From Marsupella aquatica (Eukaryota > Plantae > Marchantiophyta), in contig OZ316893.1 in assembly GCA_973895155.1 (NCBI GenBank), forward strand, positions 6,844,963 through 6,908,962: a stretch of 64,000 nucleotides of DNA. The letters run 5' to 3'. Position 1 is the stretch's first letter. Each line of letters starts with the position of its first letter. Both the position numbers and the translations under genes were made by a program. The notes under the pieces are model-generated. The model was not told the DNA's origin and searched no databases. It saw only the letters and a list, made by a program, of their open reading frames with translations. Shown here piece after piece: positions 11,581 through 23,440 of the stretch.

Positions 11581-11744
11581 TGTTGTAACCATTTACTCTA
11601 GACCATGGTTAACCCCTAACCCTATCCTGAAGGGGTAACATGGGTTAACACCAACCCCAACATGTAACCCTATGGTGACTATATAAGTCACACCCATAAT
11701 GGAACACAACAGTGAGTTGCAAGTCTCTCCATTGTCACACAACA
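11581..11744 (+). repeat. Copia 5' LTR
   Basis: Identical by eye to 17202-17365; TG...CA termini. Confidence 0.97.
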
Positions 11745-12198
11745 CGTTATCAGCGCGATAGCATCTAAATTTTTTTTCAGTTTGGAGTTAAGGTAGGATA
11801 ATTGGAGTACGGCTTTCAGACAAAGAAATTGACTTCCAATGTTGCGTTTTTAGCCCCACCCCACATCAGTAACTGCCACCGATTCAAATCACACCATAAT
11901 TTAAACTTCGGATCCTCTGAATAGTCCACGAATCCTTACGGAAAACACACAATCCGTATATAATTGATTAGTGACACTATCGGAGAGGCATGAATCACTT
12001 TGAAATAGTGTTTTCCCGTTCAAATTCGACTCAATTTTTTTTATATCTTATTGTTCCGCCACGGAAATCCTGAGTTTCTTTTATCGCCAAGGAAAATCCC
12101 GTGGATAAAAAGGCACGAGTGATTGAAGTAATTGAGAACGACATAGATTTGATATTAATCAGAACGCGGACAGTGATTTGTTACAGATTTGAGATACT

Positions 12199-15100
12199 AT
12201 GGCCACCCTGGAGAAATTACACTTTCCAGCCCTATTGGCAGATGGCAATAATTACTTAACCTGGTCAATAGATGTAGAGACCTACTTCGCATCAATACAA
12301 CTAGAGGATACATTAATTACTGATGACAATTTAACATTGCAACAGAAGGCCAAAGCTGTATTTCTACTTAGACAGCATTTGACACCATCACTGAAGACAC
12401 AATATATGAGTGATCTTAATCCCCGTCTATTATGGGACAAATTAAAAGCTCGATTTGACCATATGCGAGAGGTCTGGCTCCCAGAAGCCCGCAGGGATTG
12501 GTTTAATCTACGTGTCATGGATCATACTTCTATAGCAAATTATAATAGTTCTCTATTTCGTATTACATCTCAATTGGAGATGTGTGGCCACCCAGTTGCA
12601 GACTTAGACAAAATCGATAAAACGTTGAGTACTTTCCCAGAGGCCAACATCGCCTTGGGAACTCAATACAAGAATATGCAATTCACAACTTATTCTAACT
12701 TAATTGCACATCTCCTAGTAGAGGAGAAACAACAAATTGTCTCTCTACAGAATGCAAGGAAACGACCACCAGGCACTGCACCAATACCACGGAAACCAGA
12801 AATTAATTACAATGCCCCAGAAGACCAACAACGAAATATAAGAGGCCGGGGTACACAAAGAGGTGGATATAGAGGACGAGGTCGCAACTCAAATTATAGT
12901 GGAAGGGGAAATCAGTATGAAAATACCAGAGGTCGAGGCAGCAGAAGCCGTGGCCGGGGTAGAGGAAGAGGACGCGGCAGAGGTCACGCCCAATCATCTG
13001 ACAACACACGAGAAGACCGAATGTGTTATAGATGTGGAAAAATTGGCCACCTAAAGAAAGACTGCTGGGCTTCTGACCAAGCGGCTAAGAGGCACTCAGA
13101 AGCAAGAGCTAAGTTAAAGCAAAATCCAGATGGCAACTATATGGAATTGGAAGAGGAGCTACCATCTTATCGAGAAGAAACTGATATGATAGACCAATCC
13201 AACGCTGAAGCTCATCTGGTGACAGCAGAGCCACCATATCCCTCCTCCAACGATCCCAATTTAGGTATCATTGATAGTGGGACATCCCACACTATCCTAA
13301 AAGATAGGAGTTATTTCCAAGACATCACTCCATCTGCCAGGGTAATGACAACCATATCAGGTACGAATAAGATTGAGGAAGGAACAGGAAAGGCTACTGT
13401 CAAATTTCCCCAAGGAACAGTCATTAACATCGAAGCAGCTATCTTTGCACCAAAAGCTACTCGAAATTTGATTAGCTTCAAAGACGTTGTTGCTAATAAT
13501 TATCAACTCCGCACAGCAATGCTCCAGCAGAAACCTACTTTGCAAATAGTAGCCATGACCACAGATGGAATTCAAATCAAAGAGATACTACCTCTAATAC
13601 CCCCGGGTTTATATACAGCCCCAATAATAGCGAACTATGCCACAGCAGAATCAAATAATCTTACATACCTCTGGCACTGTCGACTGGGGCACCCGGGAAT
13701 AAATATGTACCGTCGCATCATCAATGACTCACGAGGAATCCCTAAAGGAGTGCGTCCATCTATAAATCATAAGCAATGTCTGGCATGTTCTCAGGGGAAG
13801 CTGAGTACACGCCCAGCTACACAAAAGACCATCTATACTATCCCTAAATTCCTGGAACGTCTAAATGCTGATGTCTGCGGGCCAATACACCCTCCAAGTG
13901 GGCCTTTCAGATATTTTTTAGCCATTGTAGACTCTTCAACTAAATGGCTCCAAGTTTCATTAATTTCTACTCGTAACCTGGTCTTTGCCAGAATCTTAGC
14001 CAACTTATTAAAACTTCGAGTACAATTCCCAGATTGTCCAATTAAGAAATTGCGAGTGGACGGGGCAGGGGAATTTACCTCCAGAGCATTTGACGACTTC
14101 TGTATGACAGCGGGGATCGACATTGAATACTCAGTTCCTTACGTCCATTTCCAGAACGGCATAGCAGAGTCAGTCATAAAAAGGATTCAAATGATAACAA
14201 GGCCACTTCTATTGAACTCTAAACTACCACCTTCAGCATGGGGACACGCTGTCCTCCATGCAACAACTTTGCTTAAGTATCGGCCGTCAGCATTTAATAC
14301 TAAAACCCCTCATCACCTTGCATTCGGTTTACCCCCTGATCTTTCACACATTAGAGTATTCGGATGTAAAGTGATGGTACCCATCCTTGGGCCACATCGA
14401 TCCAAACTTGGCCCACAGAGAAGAGAAGGTATTTATATTGGCCATGACTCCTCGTCTATTATCCGCTATCTGGAACCTAGCACAGCTGATGTATTTAAAG
14501 CAAGACACGCTGACTGCCATTTCTATGAGGAAATTTTCCCCTCATTACTTAAGGCGCCAACTACATCACACGACATAACACCAGTACAGCTCAATTGGAA
14601 TAGCAGAAATCTACTCAATCAAGATCCAAGAACTCAAAGTGCAGACGAGGAGGTAAGGCGCTTATTACATCTCCACGAAATGTTGGAAAAGATTCCTGAC
14701 GCTTTCAATGACGCAGCAAATGTGACCAGATCACATGTTGAAGCAGTCAATACCCCAGCTCGGATTCAGCTGCTACCAACTCAAGCAAAGGAAACCTTAC
14801 CTAAGGCGAAGAGAGGACGCCCACTAGGATCCACTGATTCTCGCCCTCGCCAGAGACGTGCACAAACGGTAAATACTGAAACCACATTTAATCTGGTCAG
14901 TATCGAACCAGAGAAAAAGAGGGCACCAGATAATGAAGAAATGTCTATTCAATACACACACACAGGACACATTTATGCTCGATCAAACACAATAATAGAC
15001 GAGCAGTTTGCTTATCATATAGCCCAATCCATCTCAAATGATACACCTGATCCCTATACAATCAAAGAAGCACAGAAAAGGCCCGATTGGCCACAGTGGA

Positions 15101-16839
15101 GAGAGGCTATCAATACAGAAATGGACGCATTAATCAAAAGACAAGTATTCGGCCCAGTTAAGGTTGTACAACCAAAGAATGACTATACAGATAGTCGTTT
15201 TATATTCGTTAGAAAACGCAATGCCCAAGGAGATGTCATAAGATATCGAGCAAGGCTTGTAGCGAAAGGCTACACCCAAATCCCTGGAAGGGATTACGAT
15301 TTAACCTATTCGCCAGTTATGGATGTAACTACCTTTAGGTACTTAATATCTTTTTCAAGAAAGCATAAACTCAAAAACATACTCATGGACGTGGTAACTG
15401 CGTACCTATATGGAGTCTTAGACTCCGAAATATATATGAAAGCTCCAAAGGAATTGCTCGAAAGAGTGGTAGAGCACATCCAGGGGAAGAATATACATAC
15501 CCTAAGTCAGGACATGAAGTCGGGACTTCGACAGATTGTCCCTGATGATGACATTAAAGGCCTAGTGTTGAGCAGTGGCAACACACTCAAAGAACCACTC
15601 CAGTACCCAGGTAAATATGGGACTGGACAGCAGGCATTTGCTGTGCAAGTCCTTAAATCAATAAACGGACTGAAACAGAGCGGACGCATCTGGTATCAGA
15701 CATTCAAAACTAAGATGCAGACTCTTGGCTTTATAAATGACGACCTCGCCCCTTGCATTTTTATAAAACACCTAGCACCTGAGTTCGTGATATTAGCACT
15801 ATATGTTGATGACGTCAATCTGTTCGGCACCCCCAAGCTATTAAAGCAGACTATTAATACAATGAAGGGCATCTTCGAAATGAAAGAACTGGGAGAACCG
15901 ACGTATTACCTCGGTCTACAGTTCGACCACCTGCCACAAGGTATGTTTATTAGTCAATCAACTTACACAAAGAAAATTCTTCGACAGTTTAACATGCAGA
16001 ATGCTTACTCAGTCTCGACTCCCATGGAGATGCGATCCCTGGACACCACTAAAGATATGTTTAGAAGGAGACAAGAAAATGAACCACTTCTTGATGCAGA
16101 CAAGCCTTATTTATCTGCAATCGGAGCTCTCCTCTATCTGGCGAACAACACCCGTCCCGACATTTCATTTGCAGTGAGTCTCTTGGCACGACATAGCGCC
16201 CAACCTACTATTCGCCACTGGAACGGCATCAAACGACTATTTCGTTATCTTCAAGGCTCCATGGATATGGGCCTGTATTTTGCCAATGATAACCCGGATG
16301 AACTGCAAGGATACGCAGACGCTGGATATCTATCCGATCCGCATGACTCGAAATCTCAGACTGGTTATGTCTTCTTGCAAGGCAACACAGCAATATCATG
16401 GCGCAGTACAAAACAAACCTTGACTACCACATCGTCCAATCATTCAGAAGTAATAGCTCTTTACGAAGCAACAAGAGAAGCGCTATGGCTTCGAAACATC
16501 ATAAACCACATCCGCAAGAATACTGGTAAGCCACTACTCACCAAACCGACGATTATCCATGAAGATAACAAAGCTTGCGTGGACCAAATCAATGCAGGAT
16601 ATATGAAGACAGACCGCACGAAGCATATCGACCCAAAATTTTTCTTTACCCATGAACAGATAGGGCAGCACATCAATGTGCACTGGAAGAGCTCCCAGGA
16701 GAACTGTGCTGATCTATTCACGAAGCCATTACCCGCCAGCCTCCATCGAAAGCACGTAGCAGCGATCGGCATGACAAGATTGTCGACATTGCGCCCGCCC
16801 GTCGACACACAAACGAGAGAAACTCCACAGTTTGAATGA
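12199..16839 (+). CDS. gag-pol: Copia Gag-Pol polyprotein (Gag, CCHC, PR, GAG-pre-INT, INT, RT, RNase H)
   Basis: CYRCGKIGHLKKDC, IIDSGTSH, LWHCRLGHPG, LRVDGAGEF, RARLVAKG, LYVDDV, GYADAGY, ADLFTKPL. The RSLD..KD.FR segment is typical of Bianca-lineage RT. Confidence 0.97.
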   Translation: MATLEKLHFPALLADGNNYLTWSIDVETYFASIQLEDTLITDDNLTLQQKAKAVFLLRQHLTPSLKTQYMSDLNPRLLWDKLKARFDHMREVWLPEARRDWFNLRVMDHTSIANYNSSLFRITSQLEMCGHPVADLDKIDKTLSTFPEANIALGTQYKNMQFTTYSNLIAHLLVEEKQQIVSLQNARKRPPGTAPIPRKPEINYNAPEDQQRNIRGRGTQRGGYRGRGRNSNYSGRGNQYENTRGRGSRSRGRGRGRGRGRGHAQSSDNTREDRMCYRCGKIGHLKKDCWASDQAAKRHSEARAKLKQNPDGNYMELEEELPSYREETDMIDQSNAEAHLVTAEPPYPSSNDPNLGIIDSGTSHTILKDRSYFQDITPSARVMTTISGTNKIEEGTGKATVKFPQGTVINIEAAIFAPKATRNLISFKDVVANNYQLRTAMLQQKPTLQIVAMTTDGIQIKEILPLIPPGLYTAPIIANYATAESNNLTYLWHCRLGHPGINMYRRIINDSRGIPKGVRPSINHKQCLACSQGKLSTRPATQKTIYTIPKFLERLNADVCGPIHPPSGPFRYFLAIVDSSTKWLQVSLISTRNLVFARILANLLKLRVQFPDCPIKKLRVDGAGEFTSRAFDDFCMTAGIDIEYSVPYVHFQNGIAESVIKRIQMITRPLLLNSKLPPSAWGHAVLHATTLLKYRPSAFNTKTPHHLAFGLPPDLSHIRVFGCKVMVPILGPHRSKLGPQRREGIYIGHDSSSIIRYLEPSTADVFKARHADCHFYEEIFPSLLKAPTTSHDITPVQLNWNSRNLLNQDPRTQSADEEVRRLLHLHEMLEKIPDAFNDAANVTRSHVEAVNTPARIQLLPTQAKETLPKAKRGRPLGSTDSRPRQRRAQTVNTETTFNLVSIEPEKKRAPDNEEMSIQYTHTGHIYARSNTIIDEQFAYHIAQSISNDTPDPYTIKEAQKRPDWPQWREAINTEMDALIKRQVFGPVKVVQPKNDYTDSRFIFVRKRNAQGDVIRYRARLVAKGYTQIPGRDYDLTYSPVMDVTTFRYLISFSRKHKLKNILMDVVTAYLYGVLDSEIYMKAPKELLERVVEHIQGKNIHTLSQDMKSGLRQIVPDDDIKGLVLSSGNTLKEPLQYPGKYGTGQQAFAVQVLKSINGLKQSGRIWYQTFKTKMQTLGFINDDLAPCIFIKHLAPEFVILALYVDDVNLFGTPKLLKQTINTMKGIFEMKELGEPTYYLGLQFDHLPQGMFISQSTYTKKILRQFNMQNAYSVSTPMEMRSLDTTKDMFRRRQENEPLLDADKPYLSAIGALLYLANNTRPDISFAVSLLARHSAQPTIRHWNGIKRLFRYLQGSMDMGLYFANDNPDELQGYADAGYLSDPHDSKSQTGYVFLQGNTAISWRSTKQTLTTTSSNHSEVIALYEATREALWLRNIINHIRKNTGKPLLTKPTIIHEDNKACVDQINAGYMKTDRTKHIDPKFFFTHEQIGQHINVHWKSSQENCADLFTKPLPASLHRKHVAAIGMTRLSTLRPPVDTQTRETPQFE

Positions 16840-17201
16840 GCAGCTCGAGCCGACAGACGACAGCCGACTCGACGACGATGCAACCTAAAACTTTCATTCC
16901 TGTATACATAGCCAGAATACGATTTCTCATACCAATACAAGATAGAATAATTATTATCGTAAACACCCCATTTAAACTAAGGGGAAGTAGTTTTAGTAAT
17001 AGGGGACCCAAATTAAACTTTACATTTGGACAAATTATAAGGTAGACTCACCTTAGTGCAAATTTAAGAAAATCCTACTAATGGTGGCTAGAACCCTTTT
17101 TCCTTATGAAGAAAGCAGAAGGTTTTAATGGGGCAGCACCAAAAATAAACATAGGGTTAGTAGTGTGGTGATTTTATACCCCTAAACTCTCCAAGGGGAA
17201 G

Positions 17202-17365
17202 TGTTGTAACCATTTACTCTAGACCATGGTTAACCCCTAACCCTATCCTGAAGGGGTAACATGGGTTAACACCAACCCCAACATGTAACCCTATGGTGAC
17301 TATATAAGTCACACCCATAATGGAACACAACAGTGAGTTGCAAGTCTCTCCATTGTCACACAACA
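17202..17365 (+). repeat. Copia 3' LTR
   Basis: Identical to the 5' LTR, preceded by the PPT. Confidence 0.97.
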
Positions 17366-17977
17366 ATTTGCTACTGCAATGAATTGGAATGGCCACACAA
17401 GGATGCAGAGCAGCCATACTTTTGGTATGTTGAGCCAACACACTCCCCTAATACAATTGCTCCACCAACACCTCAATTTTAATTGTGGCTATGATTCACC
17501 AAATGAGATCTGCAACAACATTTCATGCATTTGAATCACATACAATAGTCGTGACATGTAAAACATGCATTCTTCAAAGAGGATTGGTATGAAGCAGTGT
17601 CATAAGAGTTGAAATGTATACATCCTAAATAAGCTATGATAGTGGCTGGGACAAATAAGTGAGGCATAAATCACATTTTACAGGTTATCACATGGCCCAT
17701 TAATTCATTGAACGTTGCAATGTTCACCAGGTTAAAGCAGTCATGAAAGTAGTCTTTTCAATAGAGACTTTTGAGCGAGTTTGCTAGCCTCTTAAATTAG
17801 GATATTTTGCTTAGTACAGGCATAATAGGATAAGTTATGTACTGTTGACCCTAAACCCTGGACCCAAAATTGCTCATACATCAAAATTTTAAGTAAATAT
17901 CCTCTGTGTTGAAGTTAGAGTGTTAAGCTATAGGTCAATGGTATCTGGTCTGTGCATGCGGTGTGACAAGTGGTTCT

Positions 17978-18427
17978 CTAGAGCATGTAATCCAAACATG
18001 TGTAGACACCAAAGTCACCGGTGGTGGGGTCTGGGAGGGCAGGACAAGTAACATCACCAGGCACACTGTAGGATGGTGAGTGGTTCCAGATGATACATTG
18101 TGCTCTATGCAAAAATTGGCATCCAAGAGAACGGTCATCCAATTCTGAGCCAGAAGCCCTACAGGCAGGAAAGTCATATTGGCAATTGTGCACACACCCT
18201 TGGCACCTAATTTATGGCGGGTCATGTACAAGAGACACAAATACCAAGGATGTCGGGAAGGGTACTGAAGCAGGTAGAGGCCAGCTGTAGTTGTTCCTGG
18301 AAACAACAGGGTACTCAAAGTACCATGCAGACTGGGCTGGAAGGATCCCAAGTCTGATATACTCAAGGCGCAACATCTCTACCTTGCGTGCAAGCCGCAC
18401 ATGTTCAGCATTGCGGGTCCTCACCAT
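17978..18427 (-). pseudogene. Cys/His-rich orphan cargo ORF, copy A (one in-frame TAA)
   Basis: MVRTRNAEHVRLARK...; same start and stop positions as the intact 149-aa ORF 26849-27298. Confidence 0.6.
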
Positions 18428-18934
18428 AAGTGTTGCTTTTGTTGTGATGTCCTCTATTCACGTCCTTTGATGAGCAAGGCGAGCAGGAGGTCGACTTGCC
18501 TCGCCAACAACAACCAACCTAAACTAATCAGTTCCCATTCACTGTCTTGGTTCCAACTATAGGTCATAGTATACACATAGCATGAAACATGCATAGTACA
18601 TATTTGATTATGAGTTTATGAGTTTCCTAAGACAAAGAGCTTGGTGATAAACCCATGATCTTGACGGACATGTATCAATCATATTAAGATCCTATTTTTT
18701 CATTCAGAAAGACCAAAAGTCTCACCTTGTAGGTTGCACCAGAGAGAAAATTCACTGGTTGTCGTGTTGTGCAAGTGAACCTCCACTGATGCCCCCGGTG
18801 TAGCCCCTCAGATGCAGGTGACACTTACCAATTCCCAAGTTGCCTGGTCTAACAGAAAATGCTTATATCTTCAGAACTTTATAGAGCAAGTACATGATCA
18901 CATGGCGTTGGCCCTACCAAAATGTACGTTCAGA

Positions 18935-19040
18935 AATAGACTACAATATTCAGAAAGAGTCAACTCTACACTTGGTTCATACACATACTTCTGGATCTGT
19001 TCATATTTGGCCTTATGGAACTCTTGCCAACTACAACTCC
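18935..19040 (+). pseudogene. Ubiquitin-derived fragment(s) inside CACTA-A
   Basis: Translates to DYNIQKESTLHLV (matches the ubiquitin C-terminal segment), followed by GTLANYN. Confidence 0.65.
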
Positions 19041-19118
19041 CATTATGCACAAGCTCACATCAACAGAGAAAGATACAGAATGCATACTTACTATGGCTGT
19101 AAGCACCTTCACTACCTT

Positions 19119-21174
19119 GTTGAACCCAGTCCTGAAGTCTTTTCAGCGTTGTTTGGGGGGGAAATATGGTTCTTGAGGAAGCACCGGGCCTATGGCTGCT
19201 AGTGTCAAGAGAGAACTTAAGTTAAGATCATGATTACTATTCTAGACTGGGTAGCAGACACCACAAGGAATGATTTTGTGGATGAAAGCACAACATCATA
19301 ACCTTTTTCTCCATACCTACGGATTATTGCCTTCTTGGCAGCTACCTTGGGTCGAGTTACAAAACTAATATCTTCTAACGAGAAAGAAACGGGAGGTTCA
19401 TCGGAGGGAGGTTTGTTGAGATCCATCTCAATAAAGATAAAAATTGTGCAAGCCCAATCCTGCCCGTAAACTACATAAGGGTATACTAGTACGTGGCTCT
19501 ATTGAATTTAACACTATAGTTGCAAATGCTTTTCCAAAGTGAAAAGTCATATACTGATGCATTATCTCTTTTTGAAGTACATGAATTCTAATAAGAAAAG
19601 GATTAGGGAGAGGAAAAACAGGTACTGGTCTGGGCATTATCGTACTATCAAATATTCCATCCAACTAATATTCATTCTAATAACAAGATATAGAATCATT
19701 CAATGAAAAAAACCATTCATTCAAACAAATACTATGCATTGAGATAACTCTAAGTATATATATGCAGGTATTTATTTTAGTAAGTTTATCTCCTTTTGAA
19801 TGAAAATACTATCTGAAGGTCCAACGCATACAAATTACCACTGACTAAGCTAAGCTCCAAGCCAGCGTGCATGCATGGGTCTACTTCATAAGGGTTTCAC
19901 CTCGGGGGCCTCAATCCAAGGGGTGTCTCATATCACGCTCGAAGTTTTGGGGGAATAAACACCCTAAAAGTTAAATCAATAAAGCTTTTTTAGGAATTTT
20001 TTTACCCCTGACTTAATGGAATATTCCAAGAATATTTCCATATTTGATTTTAAAAAACCATATGATTCTTATAATTCTCAAAATTGGATTAAAATAACCC
20101 TAATGTTCTTCAACAAAAATTTAAAAGTATTTCACTAAACCCAATAAAAAAATCCTATACTTATTCGCGCATGATGGGTTGGAAGAAAATAAGTGAGAAC
20201 CCCAGGGGTTTCACCCAAAAGGAGCACATGATGTCAAGGTATTGTTGAGCACCTTCCAACTCTTTAGGACTTAATAACCATCTCCTATAAAATGATAACA
20301 CTTTTTGAAGGTCCAACTCATACAAAATATCTCTGGCCAAGCCAAAGATCTAAGCAAGCGTGCATGAGTGGGTCTACTTCATAAGGATTATATTCATAGA
20401 AGAGGTTATCAAGTCCAATGGATTCTTAAGGCTCCACAACTTAGTTGATGAAAAATGGGGAGTGAGGGGAGAGAGCCCTTCTCATCTTTATTTATAGTGC
20501 TCACACCTCAAGCACACGCGCGGATCAAGCATGGCACACGGATGGAAGCCATGTGTCACACATCCAAGGCAAGTAAGTGTGCTAGTACTGTAGTTACGTG
20601 AGTGGAGCAACTGTAGATCGTACACTATAGCATGCACACTGTAGGTCTTGCACTGTAGCATGCACACTGTAGATTGTATACTATAACATGCATACTGTAG
20701 ACCGTGTACTGTAGCATGCACTCTGTAGACCGTACACTGTAGCATGCACTATGTAGCATGCACTCTATAGACCGTACACTGTAGCATGCACACTGTAAAT
20801 TGTACATTATAGCATGCACACTATAGATCATACACTGTAGCATGTATATTATAGATCGTACATTGTAGCATGCACATTGTAGGTCTTGCACTGTAACATG
20901 CACACTGTAGATCGTACACTGTATCATGCATACTATAGATCGTGTACTGTAGCATGCACTCTGTAGACCATACACTATAGTATGCACACTGTAGATTGTA
21001 CACTGTAGCATGCACACTGTAGGTTGTGCACTATAGCATGCACACTATAGACTGCATATAATGCGAGAATTCAAACTACTATCCTATACTACTAAGCTAT
21101 ACTTAGGAGGAACTTACTAAACAAAGAATCCCCACGACAACGTGTTTGTTGTGCTGTCTCCCTTGATACCCAAC
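19119..21174. mobile_element. Putative ~2.06-kb insertion (solo-LTR-like or unknown) containing a 28-bp tandem array
   Basis: Bounded by ACCTT-GTTG ... CAAC-ACCTT (equivalently TGTTG...CAACA with a CCT duplication). Internal ~80-bp direct repeat at ~19815 and ~20308. Confidence 0.45.
20610..21055. repeat. Minisatellite, ~16 copies of a 28-bp unit (CACTGTAGCATGCA + CACTGTAGATCGTA)
   Basis: Directly visible degenerate head-to-tail array made of two related 14-bp subunits. Confidence 0.95.
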
Positions 21175-21520
21175 ACCTTAGTCCTTGATGTAACAGAATG
21201 TGATTTGACAAGTTAGATGCTTTGGAACCTTCTATGGTCTTAGCTGAATTGATGTCATCATAAGTGGTGAAAAACAAGGAAGACGAAAGCTGGTTCAAGA
21301 GCTGTGGACAACACACTAGCATGAAGTGCTTTCAACCAATCCACTGCCAAACGGAACTCTTACACAGTCATATTCTTTCAGTAACAGAAACTCAGTCAAA
21401 CTTCATAATCAAAGTACAGACTCTGAAGGACCAAAGGAGGATGTTGTGAGTTTCTCTGTTGTTTAATGTGTTACCCTTCTAGTTTCAAAGTTAGCAAATG
21501 CTGAATAATGTGTCTACCAG

Positions 21521-21862
21521 ATCTTCGAAAAGAAGCCCACCACAATTAAGAACTTCGGTATCTGGGTGAGGTATCAGAGTCGTACAGGTTATCACAACAT
21601 GTACAAGGAATATTGTGATACCACGTTGAACGGAGCTGTAGAGCAGATGTATGATGAGATGGCTTCTTGTCATAGAGTTCGGTTCCCTTGCATCCAGATC
21701 ATCAAGACTACGACAGTCCCTGTCTCTCTGTGCAAGCGAGAAAGTACCAAGCAGTTCCATGATTCAAAGATCAAGTTCCCCTTGACGTACCGCAAGATTC
21801 AACCTCTATCGCGAAAGCTAAAGACGACTTACAAGGCCACCAAGCCCAACACATTTGTTTGA
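21521..21862 (+). pseudogene. RPL18A: 60S ribosomal protein L18a (eL20) terminal exon, orphan fragment inside CACTA-A
   Basis: After acceptor ...TACCAG it reads [31 protein letters not shown]...[17 protein letters not shown]...KPNTFV*. No upstream exons seen. Usually conserved Arg residues appear as Cys (EYCD, ASCH). Confidence 0.9.
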
Positions 21863-22244
21863 GTAGTGCGGGTGCAGGTTCCCAATTTTGAAACAATTTG
21901 GCTCATTTTATGTCCCGAGGGACTCCTGGAGTTTATGTATTGAGTTTCTAGGTCAAGATGTTTAATATAAAGAAATTCAATTATCACTTTGTTCCCAACT
22001 TCTACTAATTGAATATACACAAGCTGGAAGCAAGAAGACACTAGTAGAAACCAGGGCAATTTAGACCATACCTTATAGGACTAAGCCCACTAAGTCCTTT
22101 TTCCATACTTGAAACGACTCGCACCCATTGCACCGGTTTTGTTGAAGACTACAAAAGACTATTAGTGTTTTATGGTTCACTAAAAGACTATGAGAAGTAA
22201 CCTTGCTACTTTGTGAACGGTGAATAGTCTAGCACATCATGGGT

Positions 22245-23440
22245 AATGTTCACTTATGTTGAGGAGGGGTAATTCTGTAAAGAGGGTGATAGCAAGGGGC
22301 ATAACTCAATAAATGGCCTTATTTGTGACCAAAAAGGTTTTGGAGTGAGGTTCATGGAGGGTGGACTACGGAGGGATCGATTACTAACTCCATCAATAAA
22401 AGGCCGAGATGCACAAAGGTAGATTTGTACCGGTCTCAAGGGGGTGTGGGTTTAGGGTTAGGGGGTTGTCCAGGCAAAGAACACTCGATTGAAATAGTGA
22501 CGCAATGGTTTAGGGTAAAGGAACATGTTTAGGGACCCTAACTTGTTTGCTGCCTTGGGAGGATCTTGAGAGCCTGAGCTTGCAAGCGGCATGCACTCTA
22601 AAAATGGCCCCTGGCATTGCAAAGATAGTCTGGCCACAGTCGAGTTGTGAAGACGTTTAGGGGGTTTATATGTCAAGGCTAGGGGGTGGCTGGGTTTTCA
22701 CTAAAGGGGGTTTAGGGGGGGTTTGATGTCAAGGGTCGGGGGTTGCATGTTAAGGGGATGGGGGTTTAGGAACCATTGGATCGTTGGCATCATGTCCATT
22801 GACATCATGTTCCCCATCATGTCCATTGACATCATATATGTCGGGAAAGATAATTGACAAATTATTCATGAGGGTAGGCAATTTGGACAATGTTCACTTA
22901 TGTTCAGGAGGGGTAATTGCATAAATTAAGAGGGTGATGACAAGGGGCATCACTCATTAAATGGCCTTATTTGTGACCAAAAGAGGTTTGGTTTAATGAA
23001 GTTCGATCACCACAGATATTTGCTAAGGCCAAAGTATTTGTTTAGCGACTCTACACTAAGTTGTCACTCACAACACTTGAGTGAATGGAGGGGGTTTATG
23101 GAGGGTCAAGATAATCTTGCCGTTACCATGTCGGCAACACCAGTGACTTTGGTAAGGGTATCCCAAGCTAGGGGCCTGTACCGTTGCAGTACCGTTTGGA
23201 CACCCGAGTCGCGCGACCGTTGGAAGGGAACAAGCCGGTTATGCAACTTTGCTTACACTTAGCAGGTTGTTGATGTGTTTAGGGATCCCGCCACATTCCC
23301 AACCTGCGGAGCAAGGTTTATTGTGTTCTCTTGGTGGGATCGGGAGTTTAGGGATTGGAGCAAGGTTTTATCGTGTTCTCTCGATGGGATCGGGAGCTTA
23401 GGGATCGGAGCAAGGTTTTCCGTGTAATCTTGGTGGGAAC
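22245..23440. repeat. Direct repeats in the CACTA-B 5' region: ~100-bp pair (~22245, ~22890) and ~49-bp triplet (~23308-23440)
   Basis: AATGTTCACTTATGTT...ATTTGTGACCAAAA occurs twice; GGAGCAAGGTTT...GGGATCGGGAG(T/C)TTAGGGAT is repeated in tandem. Confidence 0.8.

Larger units (their letters stand above)
11581..17365 (+). mobile_element. Intact, very young Ty1/Copia LTR retrotransposon (Bianca-like)
   Basis: Identical 164-bp LTRs (TGTTG...CAACA), TSD ATTTG at 11576-11580 and 17366-17370, PBS-like CGTTATCAGCGCG at 11745, PPT AAGGGGAAG at 17193-17201, single uninterrupted ORF. Confidence 0.97.

Noticed and set aside
20610-21055. CRISPR-like array, or the Cys/Tyr-rich ORFs 20488-21017
   Set aside because: Units are head-to-tail with no unique spacers, there are no cas genes and the context is eukaryotic. 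The ORFs are translations of the minisatellite.
21521-21862. Functional RPL18a gene or processed pseudogene
   Set aside because: There are no N-terminal exons, conserved residues are substituted, and an intron acceptor is retained.
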